Assembly: GCA_047495785.1 (NCBI GenBank)
Contig: JBLDXI010000003.1
Location: forward strand, 4,092,001-4,156,000
Direction of reading: 5' to 3'
Source of the DNA: Lepidodermella squamata
Taxonomy: Eukaryota > Animalia > Gastrotricha
DNA length: 64,000 nucleotides
How positions within the stretch are numbered: the stretch's first letter is position 1; every line of letters begins with the position of its first letter. Below are positions 60,433 to 64,000 of this stretch, in pieces. Under the pieces are notes generated by a model that did no database searches, was not told the DNA's origin, and saw nothing but the letters and a program-made list of their open reading frames with translations. The position numbers were made by a program, and so were the translations under genes.

Positions 60433-61761
60433 ATGTCTTGCCAGCCTGGCTATGCCATGTTAACTTTCACACTTCTTTGTAGCGTACTCGGCTTGGTTCC
60501 GCTCCTGATGGCATCGGACCATCACAAGAGTTCGGAAGATATTCGGCAGCTGAATAAAGATTTTTCTGTAAGATGAGAGCTTTTTTTCGAGCTGCGCATT
60601 CACCATTGTGTTTCTGCAGTTGGATGAAATTTTGCATCGTACGCGTAGGGAAGCCGTTTTCAACGTCACCGAGCTTGGACAACAGCCATCGGCCGAAGAA
60701 TGCGGTCGAGACACGCGAGTCAGCGCTTGCCGGTTACTTGAAGCTCACAATATTGGCTACGTAATTTCGCATTGTATTTTGGCGGCATTATAACCCGAAA
60801 AACGTGGTTTATTTTTAGGTCTGGCTATGGCCAGTAGCGCTAGGCCCACCGAAGGGTCGTGAAAGTCCTTTACAAACTGCGACCAACACGGCTTCGGCTT
60901 TGAACAATGTTGTCGACCTATGCGCGGGAAAGAAAGCGTAAGGACCAAAAAGCCGCTGTTTTTAAACTGCTGCCCAGAAAAGAAGAAAATCCTATTCAAA
61001 ATACTAGATAAATATGTTGGCCCATATTATGTAGCAAATGAATGTTTGAGAAATATTAAAGTAACTTAGGAATCGTGGGGTTCGATGTGAAGCTGTTTGT
61101 GAATATTTTTTCATTATTTTAACATATAATTACGCAGGACGGCCCCGTATGGCAATCTGAAATTCTGCATCTGTCCAACAGTCCTTGATACCATCTACAA
61201 CTATGCGGCGGATGAAATATTCTTCAGCTTGCCTGTTCGTTTTGACATTGAAATTACAAACAGAATTAAAAACTATATCTTTCAAGGTTTATTCGCTGAC
61301 TGTTCTGGATTCGACGCTATGCCCTGCCGTTAATCAAGACCGGCGAGATACGGGTGCAACTGGCCCAGAAGGCGCTACCGGACCGCAAGAGGCTCCAATT
61401 AGCCGGTTCGACTTATCTCTCATCGAAACGCCAGGCTTCCACACGGTAGACTTCACATGCGGCTTCGCAAACAACGGTAGTTTTGGCGGCGCGGTTTCAA
61501 TCTGCAGCCAGGTAGGCATTTCTCTCACCTGAAAAAACATGTTTATACGCAATATGAAACTATTTTTAGGTCGCTCATTTTTGCGCCCATGCCATCACGA
61601 ATCATCAATTTGTCACGGCATTATCACGCAACTACTCGGCGACAAACATCCCGACAACTGGCCTGATAGAAATTCTGCCATACACCGAGCACAGTTGCGG
61701 CCTTAAATTTTTGACTCAATTCAGCATCCGATGCTCGATTCCTTGCAGCTATACTATATAA
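60433..61761 (+). CDS. Secreted Cys-patterned protein C, 6 exons, 302 aa, unknown family
   Basis: Exons 60433-60567, 60620-60760, 60819-60937, 61138-61234, 61287-61511, 61570-61761 splice (GT-AG) into one ORF. Signal peptide (MLTFTLLCSVLGLVPLLMA), furin-like RTRR, short GATGPEGATGP. Confidence 0.8.
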
Positions 61762-62241
61762 AGTTACGAGCATAAAAACAAGCCTGCCAATTTTTATACA
61801 CACACTTTAGAAGTGTCTTGTAGGCGTTAAATTACCAGCTTACTATTTGTTCAGGCGTGGGTTCAGAGTTAAAAAAAGTTGCTAAACAAACACACGCGGA
61901 AAATAAAAAATAGTAAAAAGCAAGAGAAGATGAATGAGTAGTTTCTGATTCATTAGCACGCTCAGCGTTTTATCTGTAATTGATGAAAAATTTAATTATA
62001 CTACAGTGTTCACGTGTAAAAATAATGATGCTGCGGGTTCAAGGCGGTTTATTCATCTTTCTGATGAATGGCCAATGTCGTGGGGTCAACTAGAAACGAA
62101 GGAATCTGTTGACTACGTAAGCAAACAACACGCCGTGATTATTCACCGCCTTCCAGTCTTTTCATGAATTAACTACCGACGTGTTTATTTTTTTACATGC
62201 TGTTTTGATAACTTTTTTAGACAAGCTTCACAAAATACATC

Positions 62242-64000
62242 ATGCCTAAAATGAGCTCATTTTTAATAACAATTTGTGTAGCACACCTTTCCGCGGTTTG
62301 GTTCATATCTAGCGCGAATCCGTCCCCGGTTCGATTGCTTGAAATCAGCAGCTTTATAAATGCAACTGCTGTAATCGACGATGCGAATTTTACAAGAAAT
62401 TTTACAAGCCCGCTGAAGATTGATCAAAATCAAGCGTTAGCTAGCAACCAAAGCGCTAAGCAGTTGGCACCAAGTATTTTAGTCCGCCCGGCAACGCCTT
62501 CGACCAGCACAACCAGGCCCGTATCTACGACAACAACCGTTAGAACGACTACCACTTCAAGTCGCCCGACCACCGCACCGCCCAGAACTCGAGTTACCGA
62601 TACTACGACAAGGCGAACGACAACTCCTAGAATTACTACGCCGAAGCCGAAGACTGTAGATGAAATCATGGCAGCAGCCGTTGATACGGTGATTGAGGAG
62701 GAATTCATCTTTCAGCTGATGCTACTCAGGAGCAAAGAAAGCGGCGCGCAGGTGAATGAGAGCGAATCCGAGGCGGCGGATGCTGATGGCAAAGGCTCAG
62801 CTCCTCAGGGGCGCCCTAGCAAACAGGCAGCCAGGGTGAGTCGATGTCCTTAATTTAAGCTCTGATTCCTTTATTGAATCTTTGAGAATGATTACCAGCT
62901 GAAAGCTGAATGTTGATTATTTATGATTATTCGATTCTCTTGCAGGCTCTTGCTGGAAATCCAGCTCCTATTGAACCTCCTGCAAACGAATCCACAACTT
63001 TAAATATGCAAGAGCGGCTTGATAACCTAGCTTCAAAAATGACTTCAATCGATGTGCCCATTCCTCCTGTTGCCACCGCACGTGGCCTGGTTGTCGATAA
63101 TTGCTCCGACATAGCGATTCAGCGAGTAGCCTGTGACCTTCTTGCGAAGAGCAAGGAAGGTTCTTTGATGCTTATGCCCCTCTCGGCCGATTCGCCGTTG
63201 CTTAGCGACTCGAGAAACTCGGCGTTTTTCACGGTTATGGAGTCATGCATCGACCCGAGCTCTGTCCGAAAACGCCGTCGTGTCACCGGCTGCCAATTGG
63301 CGAAAAGTTTGACCAGCATTCAGTCAGTTGTCGAAGCAATGGCACCGAAAGCACCGAACCCAATTTTATCGGCATCGGTAGTGTCAGCATCGATGGTGCC
63401 AGTATCGGTAGTCCCAGGACCGATAGCGCCAGCAGTGCCGTCATCCCGTCGCATGGACTTCAACACATCTCAAGATGCAATCAAAGCGAAGAAACCGACA
63501 GTTGTACAAAGCATCTCTCTAGAATCCGATGGCAGCGTTGATTTCATGTGTAGTACGTATGACGCTGCTGGGAACCTTCAATACGACGTATGTGATGAGC
63601 TAAACGATAAGTGCGGCCAATTATTCGGCAGTCAGACATCGAGCCAAGACCTTGAAGTGGTGTACGACTACCCATCCGAGGATGACACTTTTTCAGCGAG
63701 TGGCAACCGCCGGTCTCGAGCTGGAATTAACGTCAAGTCTCAGTCTGGCAAGCCGAAAAAACTTTACCGGTCGCAAAAATGCGCAGCGGCACCCCCGAGT
63801 TATCCAGCACCGATGTCCATCCTGGATGTAGCTGGATCTAGTCGAGCTATGGCATCTGCGCCTGCATCTACAGCATCTATGACATCTGCGATCATCGTCG
63901 AACTTAACTCGGCTTCAGACGTCAAACGAGCCCAAGAACAGCTGGGCGGATACTACGACACTCTTAACACCAAATTGAGGAAGTATCTGACGAGCAAGGT
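62242..64000 (+). CDS. Secreted protein D with Thr-rich mucin-like region and a domain paralogous to protein C; runs off the right edge
   Basis: Exon 1 62242-62835 (signal peptide, Thr/Pro/Arg tract), intron 62836-62945, exon 2 from 62946 open to the window end. The ORF track misses exon 2 because it has no stop in the window. Confidence 0.8.

Noticed and set aside
61348-61390. Collagen call from GATGPEGATGPQ
   Set aside because: Only about four Gly-X-Y triplets, too short for a collagen domain.

Overview
Gene-dense eukaryotic (invertebrate animal-like) DNA with short ~50-60 nt GT-AG introns and T-rich ...TTTCAG/TTTAG acceptors. I found no rRNA, tRNA or CRISPR. Bases 1-13789 are a near-perfect head-to-tail array of a 2594-bp unit (5 full units plus a partial one running off the left edge). 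Each unit carries an intronless 610-aa TPR + SET-domain putative lysine methyltransferase without a MYND finger, plus the 3' end (half of exon 3, last intron, last exon, polyA signal) of a neighbouring secreted Cys-rich gene. That gene is intact only at the right end of the array (13476-14229) and has a tandem paralog (14503-15248). Next come a secreted Sushi-domain protein, a secreted 7xCUB/discoidin mosaic protein, an RFX1-3/daf-19-type transcription factor with a cluster of X-box-like sites upstream, and a ~16-kb pericentrin/AKAP9-like PACT gene. After these lie a tightly spaced co-directional run of BICRA-like, ARFRP1, DBT and PRIM2, and two paralogous secreted proteins sharing an unassigned Cys-patterned domain. 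Degenerate transposon relics sit in intergenic and intronic DNA. Gene models were spliced by hand and family assignments come from remembered motifs, not database searches.
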